Assembly (NCBI GenBank): GCA_963704345.1
Contig: OY969890.1
Location: 1,210,095 to 1,274,094 of the forward strand
Direction of reading: 5' to 3'
Length of the DNA stretch: 64,000 nucleotides
Source: an uncultured Solirubrobacterales bacterium
GTDB lineage: Bacteria > Actinomycetota > Thermoleophilia > Solirubrobacterales > Solirubrobacteraceae
Part shown: positions 7,874 through 17,530 of the stretch, one piece after another
How the letters are laid out: each line of letters starts with the position of its first letter
Position numbering within the stretch: the stretch's first letter is position 1
Made by a program: the position numbers and the translations under genes
The notes under the pieces: generated by a model
What the model was told of the DNA's origin: nothing
What the model saw: only the letters and a program-made list of their open reading frames with translations
Database searches by the model: none

Positions 7874-10630
7874 ATGAGCGGGAAGGGATCACAGGACCCC
7901 AGGCCGCTGATCGTGGTCGTTGCCGGGCTGATCGTCGCGTCGCTGCTCGGTGGCGCTGGCAGCTCGCACCTCGCCGCAGTAGAACGCGCCGGTCGGGTGC
8001 TGCCGGTGGTGTTGATCGCCGTATCGGCCCTCGGTTCGGTCGCGCTGATCTGTCGGATGGTTGTGACGCGAAGGGCGCTCGCTTCTCGGACTCGGCTCGT
8101 CGTTCTCGCGCCCGACTCGTTCGATCCGTCGCTCGATGCGGTGCTGCGTTGCGCTGCGCAGCTCTCGCGTGTGCGGAGGCTCGTCGGCGGTTGGCTTGAT
8201 CCGCGGGCGAGGGCAGTTCGGATACTGCTCGATTGCGACGAGCAAGGCCGGATGCGCTACTCACTGAGCGTGCCCGAGCGGGCGCTGCCAGCGGTCCGCG
8301 CAGCGGTCGGCGTGTTCGACCGTGTCCAGCTTCAGGTCATCGAGCCGAACGCGGAGCCGGCCAGGGAGGCGGATCGGTGTGTTGAGGTTGTGCGGGCTGA
8401 GCTTCGGCTCGCGCGGCCGAGCAGTGAACCGCTCGCGCACCTCCCGCTGACACCCGATCCGTTGCAGAGCTTCGCGAGGGTGCTCTCCCGGCTCGATCCG
8501 GTGCACCACGAGCAAGCGGAAGTCGCCGTCGATCTGTTGCCGACGACGGCAGCTACACGAAGGCGGCTCCGTCGCAGGCTGCTCAAGGAGGCTCTGCGTC
8601 GCGGCGGCCAATCGAGCGAGCCGAGCTGGGGTGGTGGTTTGCTTGATTTCGACTCTGGGCCTGTCGGGCGTCGGCGGCCTGCGGAAATGGTCGAGCAGCG
8701 CGCCGAGCGTGAGGAGATCGCGGCGAAGCTCGTGCAGGCCGAGCCTCTGTTCCGGCTGCAGGTTCTGATCCGCTGCTCATCGCAAGAGCGAGGAAGAGCA
8801 GTCGCGTGCCTGCAAGGGCTGCTCGGCTGCTTCGACGGGTTTGCTGGCGCTAACTCGCTGCGCGTCGTGGGCGTCAGGTTCCTCGGGCTGGCGTTCGCGG
8901 GATCTGACCTTCCAGGCCGACGGGGCTGGTTCGACCGCCGGATACGAACGGGCCTGTTTCGCCCCGGTCATTGTGACTACGTGACCGCGAGGGAGGTGGC
9001 CGGTCTGCTGAAGCCGCCGACCGTGAAGTGCGCCGCGCCTGAAGTTCTGCGCCTTGGCCCAGCGGTGTATCCAGCGCCAAGGACACTGCCCACGTTTAGA
9101 GGACAGGCGAACCTCGTCCCCCTCGGTAAGGTCGAGGACGAGACCGGGCAGCGCACGATCGGGCTGCGTGTCGAGGACTCGTTCTTCACCTACACCGCCG
9201 GGCGCAGCCGCTGGGGCAAGACCGAGCTTGCGCTCACGCAGTTCCTTCACCTCGTCAGGAGCGGTCACGGCGGGCTGTTCCTCGATCCGCACCAGGACGC
9301 TGTGCAGAGGGTCAAGAGCTGTCTGACCGAGGAAGGGCTCGCCGAGCGCGTCATCGAGCTTGACCTCGTGGGGTCACGCAGCCGCCAGGGGCAGCCGGGA
9401 TGGAACCTCTTTGCCGCGAAGGGCCTCGATCCCGACGCTGCTGAGCGGCGGGTCGAGGCGATCGTTGACAGCTTCGCCTCCGCCTTGCAGTGGTCCGAGC
9501 GCAACAATCGGGCGCTCACGCTGACGACGCAAGCTACCGCCGCGTTGATCGAGCTGGCCGGCGTGCTGCCCGAGGGGCTTCAGCCGACGATTTTCCAGAT
9601 ACCGTCGATTCTGGGGAACCCTGACTGGCTCGCTGCCGCGTTGCCGCACCTCTCCCCGGCGCGGCGCCAGTTCTTTACCGAGCGGTTCCCGAGGCTGTCC
9701 GAAGAGGCGATAACGCCGGTCACGAACCTGATCGACAGGCTGCGCTCCTCGACGCAGCTCGCCGCGCTGCTCGGCGCTCAGTCCACCAGCTACGACATAG
9801 GCCGTGCGATGACCGAAAGGCGGATTGTGCTCGCCTGCCCTGGTGCCGGGGGAGCGAAGGACAAGCTCGTCGCGAACCTACTCGTCTACGACCTCTTGCA
9901 CGGCGCGAAGGGACGCGCGTCGATGGCGCCCGAGCAGCGCCTGCCGTTCTATGTGTTCCTCGATGAGGTCCAGACCTACGACGGTGCCGCAGGAGGGAAC
10001 CTCGCTGCACTGCTGGAGCAGACCGCGAAGTACGGCATCCGCGCAACCCTGCTGAACCAGAACCCGGAGCGGCTGACCAGCGAGACGCTGAACGCGCTCA
10101 CGACCAACCGCAGCCACCTGATCACGACGGCACTCAACGCGCACGCCGCTGCTCTGATCGCACGGGAGTGGGGAGGCGACCCGCCAGCCGCCGCGGTCAC
10201 CGGCCTGCCGCGCTGGACGTTCATCGCGCAGGTCACCCACGAGGGGAAGCAAACCCGGCCGTTCATGTTCACCGGCCACTCAGTCGAGGAGCAGTTCGCC
10301 GACGCCTACAAGCCAGACGCACTAGATAAGGTCCAGGCAACGATCGACAAGGCGTCAGGACGCAAACCGGCCGCCGAGACGGTCGCTGATCTCGACACGT
10401 TGGACGAGCGGATCAAGCAGCACCTCGAAGGACAATCCGGTCGAGGCGGAGGCGCCCGCACTGACCCCGAGGCGCCCTGGACTGCACCCGCGCCGAACGA
10501 GCCTAGTCCTCGGGCGAGCTTGATCGAGCGCGGCCGCGACGAACACTCGACCTCGCATCGTCGCCTTTCGCGTCTCCGGGATAGGCACGCGACGCGACGC
10601 GCTTGGCTGCCCGCTGGGGGACGGTCATGA
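7874..10630 (+). CDS. type IV coupling protein-like (VirD4/TraD) conjugative ATPase
   Basis: N-terminal TM helices, Walker A GRSRWGKT, LFLDPH, Walker B FYVFLDEVQ, LLNQ; start placed at ATG 7874; ATGA overlap with relaxase. Confidence 0.8.
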   Translation: MSGKGSQDPRPLIVVVAGLIVASLLGGAGSSHLAAVERAGRVLPVVLIAVSALGSVALICRMVVTRRALASRTRLVVLAPDSFDPSLDAVLRCAAQLSRVRRLVGGWLDPRARAVRILLDCDEQGRMRYSLSVPERALPAVRAAVGVFDRVQLQVIEPNAEPAREADRCVEVVRAELRLARPSSEPLAHLPLTPDPLQSFARVLSRLDPVHHEQAEVAVDLLPTTAATRRRLRRRLLKEALRRGGQSSEPSWGGGLLDFDSGPVGRRRPAEMVEQRAEREEIAAKLVQAEPLFRLQVLIRCSSQERGRAVACLQGLLGCFDGFAGANSLRVVGVRFLGLAFAGSDLPGRRGWFDRRIRTGLFRPGHCDYVTAREVAGLLKPPTVKCAAPEVLRLGPAVYPAPRTLPTFRGQANLVPLGKVEDETGQRTIGLRVEDSFFTYTAGRSRWGKTELALTQFLHLVRSGHGGLFLDPHQDAVQRVKSCLTEEGLAERVIELDLVGSRSRQGQPGWNLFAAKGLDPDAAERRVEAIVDSFASALQWSERNNRALTLTTQATAALIELAGVLPEGLQPTIFQIPSILGNPDWLAAALPHLSPARRQFFTERFPRLSEEAITPVTNLIDRLRSSTQLAALLGAQSTSYDIGRAMTERRIVLACPGAGGAKDKLVANLLVYDLLHGAKGRASMAPEQRLPFYVFLDEVQTYDGAAGGNLAALLEQTAKYGIRATLLNQNPERLTSETLNALTTNRSHLITTALNAHAAALIAREWGGDPPAAAVTGLPRWTFIAQVTHEGKQTRPFMFTGHSVEEQFADAYKPDALDKVQATIDKASGRKPAAETVADLDTLDERIKQHLEGQSGRGGGARTDPEAPWTAPAPNEPSPRASLIERGRDEHSTSHRRLSRLRDRHATRRAWLPAGGRS

Positions 10631-11544
10631 CCGGGCCTCGCGTGTTGCCGCCAGTCGCCGGGGCAATGCTCGCCGGCATTTATGAGCACAGGCTGCTGAG
10701 CACAATCCAGTTGCACGCGCTCTACACACCACACGCTCAGCCACGCTGGGCTCGACAGGTGCTGACGCTGCTCGAGCTGCGCGGCTTCGTTGATCGCATC
10801 CGAAGCCCCCGGCAGCTATCGCTGTGGTTCCTCACCAACTCCGGAGCCGACGCCGTCGAGGCCGGTGGTGCTCGTGTCGAGTTCCGCCGACGAGTCACCA
10901 GCCGCGAGCAAGCCGAAGGGCCGCTGAAGAAGCACACAATCGCCGTCAATCAGGTCGGCATCGAGTTCGTCCGTGCAGCGCGAGAGCGAGGCGACGAGTG
11001 CGGCCCTGACTCCTGGCGCAACGAGGTCGCGCACCCAATCAGCCAGACACGAGCAGGAAAGCCAGCCGAACTCGTGATCGCAGACGCACTGCTCACATAC
11101 CTACAGACCACCGACGACGGCGCGCTCGCACTGCACCAACGCTTCGTTGAGCTTGACCGCGGCACCCGGACCACGGAGCAACTCGCCGCCAAGATCACCC
11201 GATACGCCCGGCTGCGCCACTATGCGCCGGCCCCCTCGGGCGAGAACCCGCCAGAGCCACTGTGGCGAAACCACTATCGCGCGTGGCCGCACCTTCTAAT
11301 CGTTCTCGCCGACCAATCGCGCGAGACGATGCGCCAGCGAGTACAGCGCACCCTCGCGCTGCAGGCATCGGACCCCGCCGGCCGCGTGGGCCAAATACCC
11401 GTGTCGTTCGTCGCGCTCGATGACCTCTCAGCGCGCGGCCCATACGCACCCATCTTCCTCAACGCCCAACAGCCCGAGCAGCCCATCGACTGGCTCGGCC
11501 AACCACGATCCCAGAAGGAGCAACAGAACGATGGCTTGCGCTAG
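10627..11544 (+). CDS. replication-relaxation (Replic_Relax) family protein
   Basis: HRLLSTIQL, WFLT, HTIAVN, IADALL, FVELDRGT, KITRY motifs; follows coupling protein. Confidence 0.85.
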   Translation: MTGPRVLPPVAGAMLAGIYEHRLLSTIQLHALYTPHAQPRWARQVLTLLELRGFVDRIRSPRQLSLWFLTNSGADAVEAGGARVEFRRRVTSREQAEGPLKKHTIAVNQVGIEFVRAARERGDECGPDSWRNEVAHPISQTRAGKPAELVIADALLTYLQTTDDGALALHQRFVELDRGTRTTEQLAAKITRYARLRHYAPAPSGENPPEPLWRNHYRAWPHLLIVLADQSRETMRQRVQRTLALQASDPAGRVGQIPVSFVALDDLSARGPYAPIFLNAQQPEQPIDWLGQPRSQKEQQNDGLR

Positions 11545-12544
11545 CGAACATCGACATACCGCCGGCCCGTCGAGACCTGCCCGCCGACGCGACCGAGGAT
11601 GCCCGTCACGAACTCGCGACCTTCCCCTCGCGCTCTGGCCGTGCGCTCAACGAACCGCGCAGGTACAGAGGCAAGGAAGATTCGTCGCCGAGTCAAACCG
11701 TCATCCGGCAAAGATGCTGCCGGAGATTGCCCGTCGCGCGATCGCTGCTTACAGCGACCCTGGCGACCTCGTGCTCGATCCAATGTGCGGGATCGCGACC
11801 ACGCTAGTCGAGGCTATACACCTCGGGCGATGCGCGATCGGCGTCGAGCTGGAGCCACGATGGGCGGCACTCGCCCTCGAGAACATCACGCACGCCCGAA
11901 GCCGAGGAGCATTCGGCCAAGCGACCGTTGTGCAAGGCGACGCTCGCCAGGTCGGCGACAACGTCCTAGCCGAACTCGTTGGCGAGGTGCCACTCATCCT
12001 CACCTCGCCGCCATACGGGAACGCTGACGTAGGCGACCCAAGGCGCGGAAACGGAATAGCCCGAACACGCGCCGCCGAAGGACGCCGCGTGACGGCGGCT
12101 GACCGAGCACTCGCCCTACAGCTCAAGCAAACGAAACGATACGGCGACAGCAGCGGAAGTATCGCTGCGCTGCGCTACGGACATATCGACCTAGCACCCA
12201 CCGACACAGAGGAGACCTACCTGTCAACAATGCAAGCGATCTATACCGGGCTGGCACGGATGCTCAAGCCCGACGGATACCTCATCGTTGTCTCAAAGAA
12301 CCTCCGCGCGAAAGGATCGCTCAGGAACATCGCGGGAGACACGATCACGCTCTGCCAACGCAGCGGTCTGCTATTTCAGCAGCACATCGTCGCGCTCCTC
12401 GCAGCCCTCCGCGACGACGAGCTGTTCCCCAGACCTGGCTACTTCCAGCTGACTCAAGTCCGCCACGCGCTCGCACGAGGCGAGCGTCAACACCTCGTCT
12501 GTCACGAGGACGTCCTCGTCTTCCGGCGCGACCCCAAAAGGTAG
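11531..12544 (+). CDS. orphan DNA amino-methyltransferase (N4C/N6A, TRM11-like annotation)
   Basis: HPAKM, VLDPMCGIATT, GVELE, LILTSPPY; AAGGAG before ATG 11531. Confidence 0.85.
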   Translation: MACASEHRHTAGPSRPARRRDRGCPSRTRDLPLALWPCAQRTAQVQRQGRFVAESNRHPAKMLPEIARRAIAAYSDPGDLVLDPMCGIATTLVEAIHLGRCAIGVELEPRWAALALENITHARSRGAFGQATVVQGDARQVGDNVLAELVGEVPLILTSPPYGNADVGDPRRGNGIARTRAAEGRRVTAADRALALQLKQTKRYGDSSGSIAALRYGHIDLAPTDTEETYLSTMQAIYTGLARMLKPDGYLIVVSKNLRAKGSLRNIAGDTITLCQRSGLLFQQHIVALLAALRDDELFPRPGYFQLTQVRHALARGERQHLVCHEDVLVFRRDPKR

Positions 12545-12972
12545 TGACGCTCGACCACCAGGACATAGAGCTGATCGCGACCCGGCTCGCGGAGTTGCTT
12601 CGCGAGGAGATGCCGGTGCCGATGGCGAGGATGGCGGACGCGGCTACAGTCGCTCGGGAGCTAGGGGTCGATCGTGATTGGGTCTACGCACACGCGCGCG
12701 AGCTCGGCGCGACTCGCCTCGGCGGCGATCGAGGAAGGTGGCGGTTCGACCTCGCGAGGATTCGCCGAGACCTCGAGAGCCCGCCGCTTAGCGACAGGCT
12801 CTCTTGCGCCGCGCGACGGCCGCGACGCAAGCGGTCGAAGAGGCAGCCGGGAACGGTTGAGCTGATCCCGTATTCGGAGGTACGATGTATGGGACAAGCA
12901 AGTAGTGGCCGGGCGACGCGCGAACGTCCCCGGCCCGACACCGGGAGGTACCCCGATGTACCCATACGGTAG
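12544..12972 (+). CDS. excisionase-like HTH DNA-binding protein
   Basis: ADAATVARELGVDRDWVY...GRWRFD MerR/Xis-type wHTH directly upstream of integrase. Confidence 0.7.
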   Translation: MTLDHQDIELIATRLAELLREEMPVPMARMADAATVARELGVDRDWVYAHARELGATRLGGDRGRWRFDLARIRRDLESPPLSDRLSCAARRPRRKRSKRQPGTVELIPYSEVRCMGQASSGRATRERPRPDTGRYPDVPIR

Positions 12973-12996
12973 ATCCTCAACGCGGGAGCGTGTCTG

Positions 12997-14849
12997 ATGG
13001 CACGACCCGCTACAGGCAGAGTGGAAGTCGAGCAACAGGCCGACGGGACACTCAGGTTTCGACTTCGATTCCGAGCAAACGGCAAACGCGAAAGCCAGAT
13101 GCTGCACGAAGCGCGCGACTGCGCGTGTGGATGCGGCGGCGGCTGGACCGAGAACAACGCCCGAATTGAGCTGAACAACGTCCTCGCACGCGTCAAGGCA
13201 GGGATATGGGAGCGACCAAAGCCGGCGCCCACGATCGAAAAGACGTTCAAGGAGATTCCGAGCTTCCACGAGTTCACCTCCTACTGGCTGCAAGCGAAGC
13301 TCGAAGGCACCATCGGCGAGAAGGCGATCTCCACAAACACGCACGCTGGCTATCTGGCCTCGCTTAAAACCACCTACTGCCCTTCTTCGGCCGCTACCGC
13401 CTCGATGAAATCGACAAAGAGCTTTGCAGCGAGTTCAAGAAGCACCTGATCAAAGAGGCGCACGAGCTGAGAGAGGCCCTCGCCGCCGGAGCCGACCTCC
13501 GCGACGAGCACAACCGCACGCTGCGCCCGCTCGCCCCAGCCTCAATACGAGGACAACTCAACCTCCTCGGGCAGATAGTCGAGGAGGCCGTCGAAGAGGA
13601 CCTGATCCCCTTCAACCACGCGCGCAACAAACGGCTGAAGGTCCACGTCCCCAAGCCGAAGCGCACCTTCCTCGAGATGGACGAGTTGGCCTGCGTCGAA
13701 GACGCCGCAGCCGAGCAAGACCCCTCGCTTGAGCGGTTCGCACACACGGCTCGCGAAGCAAGAGACGGATCAACCGCTCAGGCCATCGCGGTCCGCCTCT
13801 CTGAAGGCAAGCGCCAGAAGCAGATCGTCGCCGAACTCGGGGTCGCACCGGGCACCGTCCACTTCCACGTCCGCAAACTCGGTGCTGTGGGTCTCGGTGT
13901 CTACGTTGGGCGCAAGGCGATCGTCCGCACCCTCGGTCGCGCTGGCGTCCGAAACGGCGAGCTGTGCGCCATCCAGATCGGCCACGCGCGTCTGCACGAC
14001 GTCAACAACGCCCGCCTCGATATCCCCGACTCAAAGACAGAAACCGGCATCCGCGTCCTGGAGCTGAGCCCGGAGCTAGCCGAAGCACTCATCGAGCACA
14101 TCGGCCGACTCGCCCGAGCCGGCAACGACACGAGCCCAACGGCTCCCCTCTTCCAGAACGAACGCGGCGGGAAGATGACCCGCAAGGCCGTCGGCAAAAT
14201 CGTCCGCGAAGCCACGGTGCTCGCCACCGAGAGAATGCAGGAGCTGGGGATGCCCCCGCTGCCGCACATAACGCCGCACAGCTTCCGGCGCACCTACATC
14301 TCGATCCTGCTGCTCGCCAGCGAATTCGACCTCGAATGGGTCAAGAAGCAGGTCGGCCACGCCGACTCGAAGATGACGCTCGAGGTTTACAACCAGCTAC
14401 AGCAGCGCGTCAAGCGCGAGCACGGCGCAGCGTTCGACCGGCTCATCCGTGAGGCCCGTAAGCGGCTACACGCCAGCCAGGAGCCGCCACCAGGCGCCAG
14501 CAAGCCCGACACCGACGGGGTTTGTGCCGAGGTTTGTGTCGAGCCCGCGAAAACACCCACCAAACCCCGTCCTCCGCGCCGTCCAGGTCGTGCCCAAAAC
14601 CTAGCGATTAGCAGCAGAAACGGCGGGAGCCGGCGACGCGACTCGGCTTCTGGGCATAAATGTTTTCAGTCGTGTGCTCTACCAACTGAGCTATCTCGCC
14701 GCGAAGTCCGATGCTACCGGCTCGCGGGCGGTCACTGCCGGGCCACCCAGGCCACGTCGCGCCTGCCAAGGGACGGGGCCCTTGGCTCTCCCGGTCGTGT
14801 CAGCCCTCAGGCTGCCGCGCGCTGGAATTCCTCCACGAGCGCGGCGTAG
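12997..14849 (+). CDS. tyrosine recombinase/integrase, frameshift near 13365
   Basis: Catalytic R (GVRNGE), K (DSKT), HSFRR, VGH, Y; N-terminal ORF 12997-13449 joins at an A-run; ORF reads through the att site. Confidence 0.92.
14519..14542. repeat. tandem 12-bp repeat GGTTTGTGYCGA, candidate integrase arm-type sites
   Basis: GGTTTGTGCCGA-GGTTTGTGTCGA about 120 bp from the att core. Confidence 0.5.
14663..14700 (-). tRNA. tRNA-Phe(GAA) 5' half only; att site
   Basis: GGCGAGATAGCTCAGTTGGTAGAGCACACGACTGAAAA = positions 1-38; identity stops at the end of the anticodon loop; TAGCAT -10-like box upstream. Confidence 0.85.
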
Positions 14850-15742
14850 GTGTCGCGTAGGCCCCGATCGACGGGCACTTGGGCTCTCCAGCCCAGCACA
14901 CTCGCGGTGTGACTCGTGTCCAGACAGCTGCGCTTGAGCTCACCCGGACGCAGCTCGGCAAGCTCTGGCTCGATGTCCGAGCCGGCGGCCGCCTTGAGCA
15001 CGTTCCACAGCGTAAGCACGTCGGTCTCCACGCCGGTGGCCACGTTGAACGTGCCCCGGTTGCCGTTGGCGGCAATCAGCGCACCGACGACATCGGCGAC
15101 GTGCACGTAGTCGCGCGTCGGGGTGCCGTGGCCGAACATCTTCGGCGTCCTGCCTGTATGCAGGTGCTCGGAGAAGATCGCGACCACGCCGGCCTCGCCG
15201 TGCGGGCTCTGACGGGGGCCGTAGACGTTGCCGAGGCGACAGACAGCGTGCGGCACCCCGGCGGACAGCGACCAGGTGTTGATGTAAGCCTCCGCGGCCC
15301 ACTTGGAAGCGCCGTAAGGAGCTAGCGGCGCGGGAATTCGCCCCTCTGGCGTCGGTAGCGGCGCATCGTCGCCATACAGCGCCCCACCGGTCGAGGTGAA
15401 CGACAGCGGCGCGCCAAGCTTGGTGGCGGCGTCGACGACGTTGAGCGTGCCAAGCACGTTGACCGAGCAGTCGCGGCCAGGATCGGCGACCGACGCTGTG
15501 ACAGACGCCTGCGCCGCCAGGTGGTAGACGGCGCTGGGGCGCACCTCCTCGAACACCGTGTCAAGCGCCGCACGATCAACGATGTCGAGCTGGCGCAGCG
15601 TCGCGGCGGTGGGGACCTTCTCGGCGCTACCGGAGGAGAGGTCGTCGATAACGGTCACCTCGTTACCCGCGGCGAGCAGCGCGTCGGTGAGATGCGAACC
15701 GATGAAGCCGGCGCCGCCGGTGACGATTACGTGTTGTGGCAT
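14807..15742 (-). CDS. NAD-dependent epimerase/dehydratase (GalE-like)
   Basis: VTGGAGFIG, HLAAQ, YGASK, NVYGPRQ. Confidence 0.93.
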   Translation of the reverse strand: MPQHVIVTGGAGFIGSHLTDALLAAGNEVTVIDDLSSGSAEKVPTAATLRQLDIVDRAALDTVFEEVRPSAVYHLAAQASVTASVADPGRDCSVNVLGTLNVVDAATKLGAPLSFTSTGGALYGDDAPLPTPEGRIPAPLAPYGASKWAAEAYINTWSLSAGVPHAVCRLGNVYGPRQSPHGEAGVVAIFSEHLHTGRTPKMFGHGTPTRDYVHVADVVGALIAANGNRGTFNVATGVETDVLTLWNVLKAAAGSDIEPELAELRPGELKRSCLDTSHTASVLGWRAQVPVDRGLRDTYAALVEEFQRAAA

Positions 15743-15871
15743 CGTGCGAAAGCCTATAGGTAGGCGGATGCGGAAGGTGTTCGGTCCGGGTAGCCGTCTG
15801 GTCTTGGAGCTGGGGACACACACGCAGGCGAGCGCGAGGGCTACGGGTGTTGCCAGAATCATAAATCCGGA

Positions 15872-15932
15872 TTACAACCTGGAGGTTATATGTCCGTTGC
15901 TCGTTCTCCCGCTTACAACCTAAAGGTTATAA
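15872..15932. repeat. two copies of palindrome TTACAACCT-NN-AGGTTATA
   Basis: 15872-15890 and 15913-15932; third copy at 38967-38986. Confidence 0.6.
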
Positions 15933-16049
15933 GTCTGATCTCTCATTTGAACAGCAACCCGCGCGTGCCTGATCCAGAAAGCCACCGCCCAACAGGAACC
16001 CGACATTGGTTGCCCTTGGGGTGCTGCAGCTTTGAGACGCCGTGCGTCT

Positions 16050-17429
16050 TTAGCCGCGAGCCAGCATGTAGCGATTCATCGTCGCCATCACGCGGCGAGT
16101 GATCGCGTCGGCGCGGTGCTCGGTATCGAGGTCGATCTCGCCCGTCTCACGCAACCGCTCGATCTGGCGCATCGCCGGCTCCACGACCTCGCCCTTGAGG
16201 GCGGCAGGGTCGATGCCGTCCTCGATTGCCTGCGCGATCGCCTCCTCGGCTAGCTCGGCGTCGCCGAGGCGCATCGCATCGGTGTAGATCTCAAGAGCAG
16301 CCGCCAGCAGCGTGCTCGGGTCCGAGCGCGAGCGTGTACGCGCGTCAGCGCCGGAGGAGTCGAGCACCTCCATAAACTTGTGCAGCAAGACCGGGTCGAA
16401 GTGGCGGTCGGCCTGATCGAGCATCATCTCAACCGCCTTCTCGACGGAGAACGCCTTGCGGTATACGCGGTGGGAGGTGAGCGCGTCGAAGACGTCGGCG
16501 ATCGCCACGATGCGGCCCTCGATTGGGATGTTCTCGGCTGTGAGCCCACGCGGGTAGCCACCACCGTCCCAGCGCTCGTGGTGAGACAGCGCGATCGTCG
16601 CGCCCATGTCGAGGATCGAGGAGGAGGAGCCGCGCAGCAGGCGGTGGCCCTCCTCGGCGTGCGTCTCCACGATCGCGCGCTCCTCGGCAGTGAGCTGGTC
16701 CGGCTTCAGCAGGATCGCATCGGGGATCGCGACCTTGCCGACGTCGTGCAGCGGCGCGGCATAGCCGATCCGCCTACAGAAGTCTGGGTTCATCCCGATC
16801 GCTTCGGCTAGCAGCGTCGAAAAGCGCCCAATGCGCTCTATGTGAGCGCCGGTGTCCTCGTCGCGAAACTCGACGGCCATCGACAGGCGCCGGACGGTCT
16901 CGGCCTGGGCGATCTCGAGCTCTGAGAGCGCGCGGCGCAGATCGTCGTTGCGCTCGTCGATCTCCAAGCGCAGCGCTTTACGGCGGTCATCGCCCAGCAA
17001 CCAGCCCCAGACGCCGGCAAGCAGCGCGAGCACGAGCACGCCGATCACGGTTAGCGCCCGACCACCCACGATCAGCGCCACTATCGCGGCAGCGGCCAGC
17101 AGCAGCGTCAGCGGCGCCCTGTAGCGCGGCGGACGCTGACGTCGACGCACTGCCTCGGTGCTTGTCGCGCGGGCGATGCTCTCCTCACGTCGAGTCTGCT
17201 CCTCTGTCGAGCTACCGAGCAGCGCTCGCAGCTTGTGCGACTGGGACGCCGCCTCGACCTCGCCGGAGGCCGGCGAATCTTGGGGGGATGTGAGGCCGTG
17301 CGTCAACGCGCCCCCGTGTGGGGCGGCTCGCTGCAAGCCAACCTTTGTGACTCCAAGCACGAAAAGCACTCCGTTTCTTCGCTGTTCGTCTATTCGGCTG
17401 TTTGCCCAGCCCGCTTGAGCTACCCGCAA
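16050..17429 (-). CDS. membrane-anchored HD-GYP c-di-GMP phosphodiesterase (start uncertain)
   Basis: DTGAHIER, LHDVGK, HHERWDGGGYP, IADVFDAL; two TM helices. Confidence 0.9.
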   Translation of the reverse strand: MRVAQAGWANSRIDEQRRNGVLFVLGVTKVGLQRAAPHGGALTHGLTSPQDSPASGEVEAASQSHKLRALLGSSTEEQTRREESIARATSTEAVRRRQRPPRYRAPLTLLLAAAAIVALIVGGRALTVIGVLVLALLAGVWGWLLGDDRRKALRLEIDERNDDLRRALSELEIAQAETVRRLSMAVEFRDEDTGAHIERIGRFSTLLAEAIGMNPDFCRRIGYAAPLHDVGKVAIPDAILLKPDQLTAEERAIVETHAEEGHRLLRGSSSSILDMGATIALSHHERWDGGGYPRGLTAENIPIEGRIVAIADVFDALTSHRVYRKAFSVEKAVEMMLDQADRHFDPVLLHKFMEVLDSSGADARTRSRSDPSTLLAAALEIYTDAMRLGDAELAEEAIAQAIEDGIDPAALKGEVVEPAMRQIERLRETGEIDLDTEHRADAITRRVMATMNRYMLARG

Positions 17430-17530
17430 TCGGGCTACGTGAATCAGTGCAAATTTTCAGCTCCGAATTCGTCAGAGCGGAACGTTAGATGGTCGCCTCA
17501 GGCGATTGTGAACATCGGGCGGACCATCAG

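Larger units (their letters stand above)
1..14669. mobile_element. integrative mobilizable/conjugative element at tRNA-Phe; left end not identified, may lie outside window
   Basis: Integrase + Xis + relaxase + T4CP + MTase next to split tRNA; atypical composition of 1-7600. Confidence 0.75.

Noticed and set aside
11531-12544. Methyltransferase as part of a restriction-modification system
   Set aside because: No cognate endonuclease gene; it sits within the transfer operon.
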